Below are positions 38,450-51,589 of a DNA stretch of 64,000 bases, piece after piece (within the stretch, counting starts at the first letter, position 1; every line of letters starts with the position of its first letter). The position numbers were made by a program, and so were the translations under genes. The notes under the pieces were generated by a model. That model was given only the letters and a program-made list of their open reading frames with translations, ran no database searches and was not told where the DNA came from. The stretch lies in NCBI GenBank assembly GCA_951406725.2, contig OX597814.1, positions 118,358,001 through 118,422,000 of the forward strand, given 5' to 3'. This stretch comes from Octopus vulgaris. Taxonomy: Eukaryota.

Positions 38450-40100
38450 GTTATCCCAAGTTGTCTACAATATCAAGTTCAGCCAAAACAATGTCTCTGT
38501 ACAGGGAATGAGAGATAGCTACATAAAGGGAAGCATGCCAAGAAACAAACAGAATGTGTACTACAAAAGTTAGAGCATCTCACAGTGATGAAGAGAGGTA
38601 CGCACGACTGACAAGGAATAGGATTACCACTGCATAACGAAGATCAGCTGCAACAGCTCAGAGAAGCAACTTCTATGAAGCAGCTTTCAGTTATGACTCA
38701 GAAGGTCATTATGCAGTTGCAATTAGAGTTTCCTTTTGTAAAATGACAACTGAGTGCATACAATTTAAAGCAAAGAAGTAGTCTGGAGAGACACCTGCAC
38801 TGTGCTACAGTGATGGAAAGGTTAAACGTCCTGAAATCCCCAACCTCCAGAGCCATTGAAGAAACTAACCAACATTCCAAGCACTTCCAAAACAAAATTA
38901 GACAGTACAATGCTGTACTACAGATGACATCATTTGGAGCCACAAGCGCTATAACTAAGCCAGGATTCATGCAAACTTTCCAGATCCAAGGTCAGAGTTA
39001 TATTCGGATTAGCTTTCTATTACCTCAGTCAAATGAATCAGCAAAATTCCTTCAAGTATATTTTATGGGTGATTATCAACAATAAGGTCAAGAAAGGTGC
39101 AAGAACATTTCCGGCATAAGAATGAACATTGTAGTTATTCTGCAAAAGATAACGCATAACGACAACATTCTGATCAGGAGCATCAAGACTGCATTTAAAA
39201 CATTTCACGTGACTCTATGGATTACAAAGTAGTTATCAGATCAGACAAGAAACCATCTGGACAACATGGAGGCATGTTTAATGCGCCAACAGCAAGTGAA
39301 ATAGTTGTGCTTCTGGTTGGGCAAGAACATGAGAAGTGTGACATTGTCCTCCGTCTCAGATACAGCACACTGACAGATACAGTCCAACTACAAATGTATG
39401 TTCCGAAAAATACCACTCACAATATTTTTCAAGTCCTGTCAAGATCATGAATTTGCTAGAAGACTGCTATACAAAGAAGTTCCACACTTGTATACCTGGT
39501 ACCAAAACAAATGCAAAAGACTTGCAGTTGGAGCACCTACACATCACCCGGGAATCAAGAAATCAGGCACACTTAGCAGAGTCTATTTTGCCCATCTCAA
39601 CTACTCAGAGTGCTATTATGTAAGACTATCATACCAAGGGACCCACATCATTTAAGGCCTTATTTTCGGTTGATAAAACAGTATGTAAAACATGTCGCGA
39701 AGCTTGCCATCTCAGAGGTCTTCTTGAAGATGATGCACATTGGGATGCTACTCTAACAGAGGCACAAATGTGCAAGTCTCCTATGCAGCTGAGAAACCTC
39801 TTCTCCTTCATGGCAACATGATGAGTGAGAATGTCTTCATTCCTAGGATACCTCTCATCTCAAATTATCTCCCCTTTCAGTTAAAAAGACTGCAGTTTCC
39901 TACTGAAAATGGCTTTGCAATGTTTATCAACAAAGCACAAGGGCAATCTCTAAAGAAGGTCGGAATTAACATGATTTACTCTTGATTCTCACATAGTGAG
40001 CTGTATGTTGGATGTTCTAGAGTTAGAAATTAAAAGAACCTCTAAATTCTCTGTGATAAACAGGGTAAGACAGAAAAAAACGGTATATTAAGAGGCACTT
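38450..40100 (+). pseudogene. Internally deleted Helitron RepHel remnant
   Basis: SKHFQNKIRQYNAVLQMTSFG, FLQVYFMGD, HGGMFNAPTASEI, LLYKEVP, RGLLEDDAHW, IPRIPLI..LQFP..FAMFINKAQGQSL (PIF1-like helicase end). Confidence 0.9.
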
Positions 40101-40921
40101 ACATGAATAGTAGGTCCATGTCATATATACACCTGTGTGTATAAAAGTGAAACAATAACGTGATATATTCGCTGTATGTGTGTGCGCGCGCGCGAGTGAG
40201 TATATATGTGTATCTGTGTGTGGGCGCGTGCAAGGGTGTGTGTGTGTGTGTGTGTGTATGTGTACTATATGCACGGCCTTTCATTGATTTTAATCTGTAT
40301 CTGTTTTTTGGTTACGAAATGAGTTAGACAAACGTGTATTTACTTTATATACGTATACGAGTTGAAAGATTTCTGTTAACATTTCACTTAACGTCTATGT
40401 TCCATGTTGACATGAATTGCAGAGTTATGTCGAAATTTGGAATCTCAGCCACTGCATAAAGTCCATATCTAAAGTCTTACGGCCGTTTCCAAAATATATA
40501 CGTTGCTATGTGCTAGATAATTCCAACTCTTCATTCGGAATTCGCAAGTACATTTATGGACCTACATATTTTTATATATTTGTATTTATGAAGTTTTATG
40601 TGTTTATAATTTATCATGTTTTTTAATTTTTATATATTTACGAATTTTCGTGTATATGTATGTATGTGTAAATTCTTAGAATTTTTTAAAATATATTATA
40701 TAGATGAATTCATCTATGTATGTACTCTGTGTACCATGGAGAATTTCGTCTAATATGGATTGACTGAATATATACATCGACCTTTGAATTTGTTTTCTAT
40801 TCTCTTTAATTTTATATTCCTAAAGCTCTATCAGAACGCTAATCGGTTGAGCTATATAAAGTGGATATCTACATCACTTTTTTTTCATTGTTCTCTCTCT
40901 CCCTCTCTTTCTCTCTTTCTC

Positions 40922-40978
<57 letters not shown>

Positions 40979-41004
40979 TTATTGTTATTATCATTATTAT
41001 TATA

Positions 41005-41066
<62 letters not shown>

Positions 41067-41524
41067 CATACATACACACGTATATTATGAGTGTATGTTT
41101 GTGTGTGTAACTTCGTATATACTCTGGACGACATGGTATAGGGTTTAATTGCAATAGGAACCTCGTAGGTATTGCCGAAACTCACCATACGTCTGTACAT
41201 ATGAACAATATCATCGCGCAATTTACCATTTTACTGTCATGCAAATTTATAATTACTTTAGATTACGCCAATTTGGAGTATTGCTTCAAAATCACATTAT
41301 AGAAGACGAACATTATATTTATTATTACATTATAACCCAGCTTCAATTAATTTAATCAAAGCTGATTCGGGTTTGTTATAATATGAATTAAAGCATCAAG
41401 ATCTCCATTAAGTGTATTTCCCTCTGCGTCTACTGCTAACGAGTGTTTAACTATTATATTTACTATGCTTATTATAATATGAAAGCCCATATGAATAACA
41501 TATGCCTGTTCAAACATACACCTA

Positions 41525-41656
<132 letters not shown>

Positions 41657-41669
41657 TATATACTTATAT

Positions 41670-41870
41670 TGTTTTACTCTTTTATTTGTTTCAGTCAATT
41701 GACAGCCCCCATGCTGGAACACGCCCTGCACTCAAACAAAGCGACTCCACAAATTGTTCTTTGTAAGCCTAGTACTTATTCTATAGGGCTATTTTGCCGA
41801 ACCGCTAAGTTACGAGCACGTAAACACACATCGGTTGTCAAGTGATAGTGAGCGGATAAGCATAGAAACA
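41670..41870 (-). mobile_element. SINE type 1 tail (3' part of a SINE split by a LINE)
   Basis: tgtttcagtc..atgctggaacac..gtaagcctagtacttattctat..gaaccgctaagttacg, homologous to 15245-15420. Confidence 0.85.
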
Positions 41871-41901
41871 CACACACACACATATATATACATATATATA
41901 T

Positions 41902-41942
<41 letters not shown>

Positions 41943-41949
<7 letters not shown>

Positions 41950-44658
41950 CCTTAAAAATCCTTAAAAATGTTTTAGCCCGAAGGCCGCGGCCATGCTGGG
42001 GCACCACCGCTGAATGAGCTACACTAGTTTGTGAATCCACCTCTGATACGTGGCACTTGATCAACAAGGGAGTTCGATGCTGCTGCCCGCATCCGTGTCT
42101 CCTGTCGTGAGGTAGGTTCATCTGGGACTCCCAACAAGAAGAGATCCAGTTTAGTTTTAAAGAAACCCACATCCACACCATGTAAGTCTCTCAGGCATTT
42201 AGGGAGGATGTTAAAGAGCTGTGGTTCTCTGAAACCCAAGCTGTTGCAGTATCTGGACCTGTATTTTGATGGTGATGTTGGAATCCTTGGCACCACGCAG
42301 CGGCGCCCCGTTCTGCGGTTGGAGTAACTTTGAATGCCAAAGTTTGGGACAAGACCCTCCAGGATTTTCCAGATGTATATCACTGCATATCTCTCCCGCC
42401 TCCGCTCCAGGGAGAAGAGGTTTAATACCTTCAGTCTTTCCCAGTAGCTGACATTTTGCATTGAGACGATTTTCTTTGTGTAGCTTCTCTGAGTTGCTTC
42501 GAGTTCTGCTGTTTGTTTTATATTGTGTGGTGACCAAAGTTGGGAGCAGTAGTCCAAGCGGCTGAGGACAAATGTTTTCCATAGGACCATCAGTGTCTCC
42601 TTCTCTCTTGTTCTGAAAGTTCGGAGAATCCATCCAGCTAGCCGTCTGCATTTTATCACCAGATTAGCAATATGCATTTGGAAAGATGCATCATTGCTCA
42701 TGTCAATGCCCAGGTCACGCACTGATTTTGACTCAGGGATTGCAATTCTTCCTGGGCCAGTGTATCCAGTCTTCACGTCATTTACCTTTGTGTGCCAGTA
42801 GCGCAGGGCCTGGAACTTACCTGCATTAAACTGCATGTTGTTGTCCTCAGCCCACCTGTATATTGTGTCCAGCTCATGTTGCAGATGCGCAATATTTTCA
42901 GGGTTTTGTATTGCGTGGGAGACTTTTGTGTCATCTGCATAGCTAGCAAGGGTGGTCATCGTAGCAACTGTAGGCATGTCTGAAAGGGCCACTATCAACA
43001 TCAGTGGCCCCAAGACAGTGCCCTGTGGGACACCGCTTGTTATTTGCGCTTCCCTGGAGGTGGCTCCATTGCTCACAACTGCCTGTTTTCTGTCTTTTAG
43101 GAAGTTGTGCAGCCACTCTCCAAGTTTCCCGCCTATGCCGAGACCACGCAGTTTGTGACAGATCATACCATGGTCGACTTTATCAAAGGCTTTTGCAAAG
43201 TCAAGATATATTACATCCACATTTGAGCCATATAGTAGCTGTTTCAACACCCAGTCATAGTGTTGCAGGAGCTGTGTTAGGCAGCCTCTACCTGGTCGAA
43301 ATCCATGCTGGGTGTCAGACAGTAAGTCATTTTCTTCAAGGAACATGATTAGTTTCTTACGGACTATTCGTTCCATGACTTTGCTGATGTGTGAGGTCAG
43401 AGAGATAGGCCTATAATGTTTAGCATCTGCTCTGCTACCTCCCTCATGGATAGGGCATATTACCCCCTCTTTCAGTTTGACTGGGAGCTTACCACTTGCA
43501 AGAAAGCTCTGAAAAAGAAGCTGTAGCGGTTTTGCAAGGGCTCGTTTGCACGATTTGAGAAGAATCGCTGGGAATCCATCAGGTACAGCAGCTGAGTTTG
43601 TGTCAATCTCATCAATGGCTAGTGTGATATCATCTTCTTCGATGTTGATGTACTCAATTTTTGTCTCTTTGGCCGCTGGTAAAGTGGCAAAGAATTCTTC
43701 TGGGTTGTTTACTTGCCTGTGTCCTAGAGGTGTAGTGAACACACTTTGGAACTGTTCGTTCAGTATTTCACTTATCCTCGTGGGATTTCCTGTGAGAGAG
43801 CCATCTTTTTGGAAGAGAGGTCCTATTCTCTGGTGCACTGTGGCTGTCTCTTTGGCAAACTTAAAGAAAGCTTTAGGGTTTGATTTTATATTTTCTATTA
43901 CCCAAGCTTCTTTATCTGCTCTCTCCTTTTCATGGGACTGATGTAGACTTTTCTCAGTTTCCATTAGCATTCTTTCGAGCCGAGATTTCTCACCACTTTT
44001 GGTGTGCTTGCTCAGGCGGTTTGCAATCCTTGTCCGTCGTCTCATAAGAATCCTCCTTTCTCTAGGGATCCTGTTTTTGTTCTTGTGTGTGCTGGCCCTG
44101 CACATTGGGACATATTTGTCACATATGGCTTGTATTATGGACATGAAGTGTTTGTGTTTCATGTTTATGTCCGGTGTGGAGAGACATTCAGGCCAATCCT
44201 GTTTGAGGATCTCTTTCTCAATCGACTTCCAGTTGGCTTTATGAAAGTTTAAGTTGGAGAGATGGTGGGTGCTTCGTATAGGCTGTGTGTCTGCGGGGGC
44301 TTTTGTTTCATACATAGACAGCTCTATTATGTTGTGATCCGAGATCATTGTCGGCATCACATTAACATTATGGATAATATCCATATTGTTTGTGAAGCAG
44401 AGATCCAGTATATTATCTGCCCTTGTTGGTTGCAGAACTATTTGCTCCATGAAAGAGGCATTTGTGAGATGGAGCAGGGACTCCACCTGTGCCTGCTGAT
44501 GGTGTGTCATCCCTGGGAGCATCTGCCCCCCAGGCCATTCCACATTGGGGAGGTTAAAGTCACCCATGAAGAATACACTGTTGTGCTGTTCAAGGTTGGT
44601 GAGGACTTCTCCTATTTTTGTTAGGCAGTCTTCAAACATGCCTGAGTGTTTTGGGGCA
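41943..44658 (-). mobile_element. Young 5'-truncated CR1/L2-group LINE with (TTTTAAGGA)n-like tail
   Basis: Uninterrupted EN-RT ORF, short 3' UTR, tail aaaaatcctt x2, microsatellite on both sides. Confidence 0.93.
42024..44639 (-). CDS. LINE ORF2: partial APE endonuclease plus reverse transcriptase (871 aa)
   Basis: MGDFNLP, ILDLCFTN and SDH (EN). [39 protein letters not shown] and YADD (RT). Confidence 0.95.
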   Translation of the reverse strand: MFEDCLTKIGEVLTNLEQHNSVFFMGDFNLPNVEWPGGQMLPGMTHHQQAQVESLLHLTNASFMEQIVLQPTRADNILDLCFTNNMDIIHNVNVMPTMISDHNIIELSMYETKAPADTQPIRSTHHLSNLNFHKANWKSIEKEILKQDWPECLSTPDINMKHKHFMSIIQAICDKYVPMCRASTHKNKNRIPRERRILMRRRTRIANRLSKHTKSGEKSRLERMLMETEKSLHQSHEKERADKEAWVIENIKSNPKAFFKFAKETATVHQRIGPLFQKDGSLTGNPTRISEILNEQFQSVFTTPLGHRQVNNPEEFFATLPAAKETKIEYINIEEDDITLAIDEIDTNSAAVPDGFPAILLKSCKRALAKPLQLLFQSFLASGKLPVKLKEGVICPIHEGGSRADAKHYRPISLTSHISKVMERIVRKKLIMFLEENDLLSDTQHGFRPGRGCLTQLLQHYDWVLKQLLYGSNVDVIYLDFAKAFDKVDHGMICHKLRGLGIGGKLGEWLHNFLKDRKQAVVSNGATSREAQITSGVPQGTVLGPLMLIVALSDMPTVATMTTLASYADDTKVSHAIQNPENIAHLQHELDTIYRWAEDNNMQFNAGKFQALRYWHTKVNDVKTGYTGPGRIAIPESKSVRDLGIDMSNDASFQMHIANLVIKCRRLAGWILRTFRTREKETLMVLWKTFVLSRLDYCSQLWSPHNIKQTAELEATQRSYTKKIVSMQNVSYWERLKVLNLFSLERRRERYAVIYIWKILEGLVPNFGIQSYSNRRTGRRCVVPRIPTSPSKYRSRYCNSLGFREPQLFNILPKCLRDLHGVDVGFFKTKLDLFLLGVPDEPTSRQETRMRAAASNSLVDQVPRIRGGFTN

Positions 44659-44707
44659 TATATACATATATGTATATATGTATATATATATGTGTATATA
44701 TATAAAT

Positions 44708-44868
44708 ACGACGGGCTTTTTTCAGTTTCCGTTTACCAAATCCGCTCAAAAGTCTTTGGTCAGGCCGAGTATATAATAGAAGTCACTTGCTCAAGGTGCC
44801 AGGCAGTGGGACTGAACCCAGAACCATGTGATTGTTAAGCAACCTACTTATCACACAGCCACTCCTAG
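44708..44868 (-). mobile_element. SINE type 1 head (5' part of a SINE split by a LINE)
   Basis: acgggc..ttcagtttcc..ctgaaccca..cacacagccactcct, homologous to 15548-15700. Confidence 0.88.
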
Positions 44869-45199
44869 CTCCAGAATATATGTGTGAGTGTGTGACCATA
44901 ACATACACGTACACACACACACATATATATAGCATCATCTCTCGATATAATATATATATTTGTATATATAAGATAAGATGCAAGTATTTGTGACTTTGGT
45001 CAAATTTTTCGACGAATCATACAAGTTGCACCATCATGGCTGCGGTCCAAATACTTTGTCTAACTTATTTCAAACACCCCCACCCAAAAAAACAGGTACA
45101 GTTTATAACCAATGAAAGGCCGTGCGTACAATATACATAAACGTGCGCGCACACGCACAGTGAATATATCAGGTTATCATTTCTCTTTTACACACACAT

Positions 45200-45373
45200 A
45201 GGTGCAGAAGAGGCTGTGTCGTAAATAGCTTGCTAACCAACCACATGGTTCTGGGTTCAGTCCCACTGCGTAGCATCTTGTGCAAGTGTCTTCTATTATA
45301 ACCTCAGGCCACCAAAGGCTTGTGAGAGGATTTCGTAGACGGAAACTGAAAGAAGCCCGTGGCATATACGTAT

Positions 45374-45435
<62 letters not shown>

Positions 45436-45535
45436 TTGTGTCTGTTTGTGTGTCCCTCAACATCGCTTAACTAAAAGCGGTGCTCCAGCATGGGCCCAGA
45501 CAAAAGGCTGAAAGAAGTAAATGAGTAAAAGAGTT
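45200..45535 (+). mobile_element. tRNA-derived SINE type 1 (internally deleted tail)
   Basis: Head aggtgcagaagaggctgtg..gggttcagtcccactg and tail gcggtgctccagcatgg. Confidence 0.85.
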
Positions 45536-46306
45536 AATGACAGACATACATTCACGCATGTCAGTCGGAAATTGAAAGTGTAATATTAAACTTTAACGCT
45601 AAATGGTTTACACTTCTATATATGATATGGACCGACAATTTATGTAAGTGCTTCTGTCTTGCCAAGTTAATCACTGTGAATGTAGAGGTTCTTTTCATCT
45701 CTAAATCTAGAACATCCAACATACAGCTGACCATGTGAAGATGAAGGCAGAAGGATGTTAAATATCTCTATATGTGGTGTGTTTGTGTGTATGCGAATGA
45801 ACGGATGTATCTATTACATGCAGAACCCTCACACAATACGCACACACATACACACAAGCACACTCATACACACATATATATATTAATTTTTACAGATGAC
45901 TGCTAATCAAACAATCTTCTGAATCAGCTTATTACTATCCCTCCCCTCCCTCTGTCTATCTACATACATACACAAATATATGTACATAGACACAAACATA
46001 TACACATGCATACAGAGAGAGAGAGAGAGAGAGAGTGTGGGGCGATTGACAGTCAGATAAACATAAGACAAGCGAGCAGATAGATAGACCGATGGATAGA
46101 TACTTACATAGGTTAGAATAAAATGTAAATTGACTATGTGGGTGTGATACAGATTGCCATCAATAAGCTCTAGGAGAAATCCCAATTATATACTCCAAGT
46201 TCTTCATCAACATTACTTACTGAGGAAATAGTGTACCGGCTATAATAAAGATTGTCATCATTCTTATGGAAGCTTAAAAAAGAAAATACATTCAGGAGTA
46301 AGGAAT

Positions 46307-46340
<34 letters not shown>

Positions 46341-46599
46341 AACTTTGCAAAAACAAATTACATGATATAAAATCTTATCCTTATAGCTATTTAGAACACT
46401 AGTCGATTCCAGATGCATTTTATTCAATGAAGTGTGATAGTAAATTGCTATTGTCGTACACATAAAAATCAAACGAAAAATATCAAAGGGCACAGATTTT
46501 GAATGTTATATGCAGCAAACACACGACATTTTAATGAGATGTATTCTTTAAATAGGTTGTAAAATTCTTACGTAATAGAGTTCTCCTCCTCTGGTGTGA

Positions 46600-47230
46600 C
46601 AACAAAAACATGACCAAGTGTTCCTTCTTTGAACACAATCAAAGGGCCTTCAACGTCTTTTTCTCGTTTTACTCTTTGCTATACGTTGTTCCTACTGATC
46701 CTTTTGAAACACATGGGTACTTCAGCATAAAGTCATATTTTTGCAATGTCATTATTGATGCACAATGTTGTCAATGTTGTAGTGATATGTCGTACATGGA
46801 CAGCCATGTATATCCTTATTTTTCTGAGCTATATTCTTTGTTCAGCTTGTAGATGAACTTGCAATCTTATTAATTCAAGTGCTCGTCATGAATTGAAAAT
46901 CCTTAAAGGATGCAACTGATTTGCATGCTCTAATATACCTACTCATTAAATATTGTCTAATTTCGTTATCATTGTTTATTTGAGCAGCAACTTATCAGCG
47001 TGCAGTTGGTGATGTACATAGTTGACCTCACTGAGGCAACGATTTCAACGTTGCAGTGGCGTTTGAATGCTCATGGAAATGTTTCTTTATAAGGCACAAC
47101 ACATTTGTTAATGTTTGTTATCACAGTCAGCTCCTACCATTGCAACTGATTTTCGTCTATAATTTTCGTCTAAGTAATTTTCCTTTTTCAAGAAAATCAG
47201 TACCTCTGATTTTAAAAAAATATCTAATAA
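46600..47230 (-). pseudogene. Decayed Helitron Rep-domain fragment
   Basis: Minus strand: VVPYK..AFKRHCNVEIVASVRSTMYI..NEIRQYLMSRYIRACKS..TLYAEVP versus Helitron VVPYNP..F.AHINVE..SVKSIKY..DEIxxYxxxRYIS..LYxEVP. Confidence 0.75.
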
Positions 47231-47545
47231 GAAATATAGCTTTTGTATCTTTTAGTCCACGGCATTCCAAAAGTTGTATAAATATTTAAGAAGTACGACA
47301 AAAGAACGGGACACAGTAGCTTTGACGATTCTTTGAAGTGTGGCCGATTTCATTTCTTTCTTCTTAAAGAGGGAGATGTCTAGTTTATTTATACACTGTT
47401 TCATCTTAATCAAAGAGCAAGAAAACAGACAGACAACTCTTGAATCTTTGTATAATATATATACGTGTGTATTTTTCTGTTTGTGTATGCGTGTGTACAT
47501 ATATATATTCAAACATGCAAACATACATATATAAATACACACATA

Positions 47546-47629
<84 letters not shown>

Positions 47630-48669
47630 GACAGATGGAAGGAAAGAAAGAGAAAACAGAGAGAAAGGACGAGACGGAGAAAGACAGAATGAAAGAGACA
47701 GAATCCATGGTCTTCTAGAGAAAAGGATGATGATAAGAGAAAAAGTGTGCAGGTTCTAACTGTGTAACATGATGAATAATTTGGGGATAGAGAAAAGCGC
47801 TTTGTAGTTCATATGATAGTATAGCTTACTTCTGTTCAGAACAAAGGCCCGAGGAGGATAGGTGGGTAGCGGTGTGTGAGTATGTCATGGTTAGTTATCA
47901 ACTATCGTCCCAAGTTAGAAAGATTTTCTGCAAAATTAAGGGGAAGGAGGCTATTTTAAATTATTTTAACCGCATCAGTAGTAGGAATATCGGCATATTC
48001 CAAGCATAAACACAATGCTTAGGGATCGAAAGCTGAATTACTGCGTACATATGTGAAATTTATTTTAAACTACAGACAGGTTCTTGTCAAGGACTCTCGA
48101 CATTAGCAAACAAATAACCATTCAAGTATCTTGTAGAATCATTAAAAATTTATCCTTATCGGCAGTTATATGACCGGCGCAATTCGACAGAACTAACAGA
48201 TGTTTAACCCATTAGAATCCCAAGTGTTTTAAACATTTTTGGATGAACAAAAGATAGGAATGTCATTAATGATTTTTGTCTTTAGTAGATTTTCTAATTC
48301 TTACCATGGTTGTGTATAAATAGTTTATCTGGTAACTAACTTATGGTTGCAAAATAGTCAAGATCAATATTTGAAGCAACCTACGCCACTCAACGATAAC
48401 AAGCAACTCTCATTGCTGACACACATGTCCCAATAAATAATTCACTGTATGGCATCGCTTGCTACTTTAATCCTATTTTCGAAAGTCATAGAACATTTTT
48501 CTGCGCTTGTCCACCCACATCGCTCCGCAACTTGTGTTCTTTTGTTTACGTCTCCATAACTTAGTGGATCCGCCAAACTTAGAAGCAAGCATACTGCTGT
48601 AAATATAAGCACTGAAAAATGTCCATAGATAATTTCAAATGGCTTTTCCGAGGAGGATTTATGGGTGCA

Positions 48670-48900
48670 TTTCCTGCTATATATTCATGTCTTTGTTGCC
48701 CACACGGGGCTAAGTACAGAGGGGACACACAAGGAAAGACAAAGGGATTAAGTCGATTACATCGACCTCAGTGCGATACTGGTACTTATTTAACCGACCC
48801 CGAAAGGATGAAAGGCAAAGTCGATCTCGACGGCATTTGAACTCAGAACGTAGCGGCAGGCGAAATAGCGTTAAGCATTTCGCCCGGCGTGCTCACGTTT
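48670..48900 (-). mobile_element. tRNA-derived SINE type 3
   Basis: atttgaactcagaacg (B box on minus) and gaccccgaaaggatgaaaggcaaagtcga. Diverged relatives at about 34965-35180, 35520-35620 and 59040-59170. Confidence 0.8.
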
Positions 48901-49236
48901 ATGCAAACCTGAAAGGTACATATTCAATATTATTATTGACATGATATGTAGAACTCATGTGTGTATGTGTGTGGTAGATGCATGCGTGTAAACATGGATA
49001 TATACATACATACATCTGTATATAAGCCATTGTGCATATTCGTGTGCTCTGCGTTTAAGCGTATGCATGTTCCTGTGTACGTGATTTTGGTTTTCTCTTT
49101 TTCTCACACACATTTCACAAGTAGCTTAGCAATTCCCGCACAGATTGTGACACAATTATAATTCAGTAAGCATAAGTACTGGGGCCGATTTATTACACTA
49201 ATTCTATCAAGATATTTTACCTCACAATATCTAGCC

Positions 49237-49502
49237 CAGTGGTTCTCAAACATTTTTAGGTTGCTGCCTAATTTGACCCAGGCCCCATTTCTGGCGCCCT
49301 CTAACCATCAAATGCATAAACCTCTTCCTGAAGCAAATTCAAAGTAACTGTATTTCACAAATAAAACTTAACTTAATAAACCCATTTCTTTCTTGTTTTT
49401 AAATGAACCGCTACTCCATTATCGCCCCACATTTCTTCAATGGTCCTTTGGAACATTCCACCGCCCCCAAGAGGGCAATACCGCCCAATTTGGGAACCAA
49501 TG
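49237..49502. mobile_element. hAT (Charlie-type) MITE
   Basis: TIRs cagtggttctcaaa / tttgggaaccaatg. 8-bp TSD-like flanks atctagcc / ctctagcg. Confidence 0.8.
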
Positions 49503-49619
49503 CTCTAGCGCAATGTCAGAAAACAGAAAATAATAGAAGTACTCAATCAAACACGCCCAATCACGTATATACATAAATAAATAATGCATACAATTATATA
49601 TATATACATATATATATAT

Positions 49620-50479
49620 GAGAAATAATTGAATTTCAATTGAATTAGGTACTTAGGTTGAAGCACAAAGTGAGTCCAATATTATCCATACAGCTCAAAG
49701 TAAGGTGAGTAAAATCAAAATAAGCAATAGCAACAACATGAATTTCGTCCATGGTCTTGCTCTAATAAAATATTCAGCGGACACCAGAACAATAGGCGGG
49801 CAAGACAGATGGAAATTATATAACTGGTGTCCGCAGAATGTTTCCCTAGAGAACATTCTTTCTTTGTAGTTTGATCGTAGGTGATCTATTTCTAGCATAT
49901 GGCTGTCCACATAGTGGTTTTAGCACTTAAAATATACACATGCATTAGAATTTTCTCTGATTTTTCAGATTTTTGTATGCTAGGCTACTGGTTTTAAATT
50001 GATATTAATTAAATTAATATTCAATTTATCTCCCTCATTATTTAAATATTAAAATAAATATGTTCTCTAATAGGCAGCATTAACTGCAGTAAATTATTTG
50101 CTGCAGTTTTGGTTTCCGGAATTTAGCGCGCCAGAACTCAGACATTTGAAATTAACCCCAATGTAATCGTTGGAAATAAGCACGTGTCTGTTTTTATACG
50201 GAAAACTGATTGTTAGTTTTACGAATTATATTGCTTTTGGAACGATCGTACTGATGAGTCCTACGGAAGAAGGATTACGTAAGTGATTTATTCGTTAATA
50301 GGCGAAACCGTTTTGCGATTAATTCTTGTTTTTTATATAATTTTCATCTGCCTTGCCCGCCTATTGTTCTGGTGTCCGCTGAATTTTCTCTAGAGGACAT
50401 TCTTTCTTTGTAGTTTTATTGTAGGTAATCTATTTCTAGCATATGGCTGTCCACATAGTGGTTTTTAGCCCTTAAAATT

Positions 50480-50483
<4 letters not shown>
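49620..50483 (+). mobile_element. Penelope-like pseudo-LTR structure (direct plus inverted repeats) with hammerhead-like motif at 50244-50320
   Basis: 49825-49940 is a direct repeat of 50370-50483. 49770-49824 is inverted at 50334-50388. Motif GATCGTA-CTGATGA-GTCCTA..TAGGC-GAAACCGTTT-TGCGATT. Confidence 0.65.
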
Positions 50484-50550
<67 letters not shown>

Positions 50551-51589
50551 GTGCATGTCTTTATGTGTGTATGTGTGTTCGTATGTGTGCACGTGTCTGA
50601 GTGTGCGTGTAGTCATATATGAGTACAGATGTGCTTGGAATGTTAAGATCTGATGACATTCTCACAATTACTATTCGCATTGTACCATATTGTATAACAA
50701 TAACATCCGGAGATATTTGATACGGTAGACTACAGTAAAACCAGCTGAAAATCGATTATATCCGTCCTGCTTTTCTATATTGAAATACAGTATCTGTGAA
50801 AGTACTGAATCCGCTTAGTTGTAATGCATATATCTTATATATTGCATGAAATCATTTGAAATCGTATCTTAGAGATTTATCTCAGAAAATTCTTCCTGCT
50901 TCTCATGTTCTGTTTGAATACAGATTGGTTCTGTTGGAATACATGAAAGCAGAACTTAAAATAAGACATGGTCCTCTAAAACATAATATTCGTAAATTAA
51001 TTATATAAGTTAATTACGTATAAATGCTAATTCTAAGTAGTGATATGGTTCATGGAGATAAATAACGAACCTAGAAAGTTTAAGTTTGTGAGAAGTATTG
51101 TCTGATGGTGACGTTAGCATGAATTGTACAGAAATGATTTTAGCTGCAACACTCAATCTTGTTACTGCCATGCCGCATGATTTTCAGCATTCTGTTATAA
51201 TTGTTAAGTTACATTGTACTACAATGCTACCCTCGTAGAACAAATGAGAAGAGAAATTGTAACTAATTTGTACGTGTGGATTCTATTGCAATGAGTAATA
51301 AGAAACCACTGTGGTCAGGTAACTACACACGCACACACTCAAGCATTATGTACGCACACACATTCGGCGTTTCGTTTAGGAAGTGTGTGTGGATGCGTAC
51401 ATAATGGTGTGGGTACTGTGAGGTGTATATGGACTGTGAAGGTGAATGTGGGTGTGTGGTTAATGGTGTGCGCTGTAAGTACTGAGTTGAACAGTGTTTA
51501 TGGGTATTTGCATAGTGGTGTTTGGTGAGGATACTCAGTTAGGTGGTGTATGGGTATGGGGTGGATGGTAGGAAGTTGGATTTAGATGA

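Noticed and set aside
42211-44624. Overlapping antisense and alternative-frame ORFs within the LINE
   Set aside because: Shadow ORFs of the GC-richer RT coding sequence.
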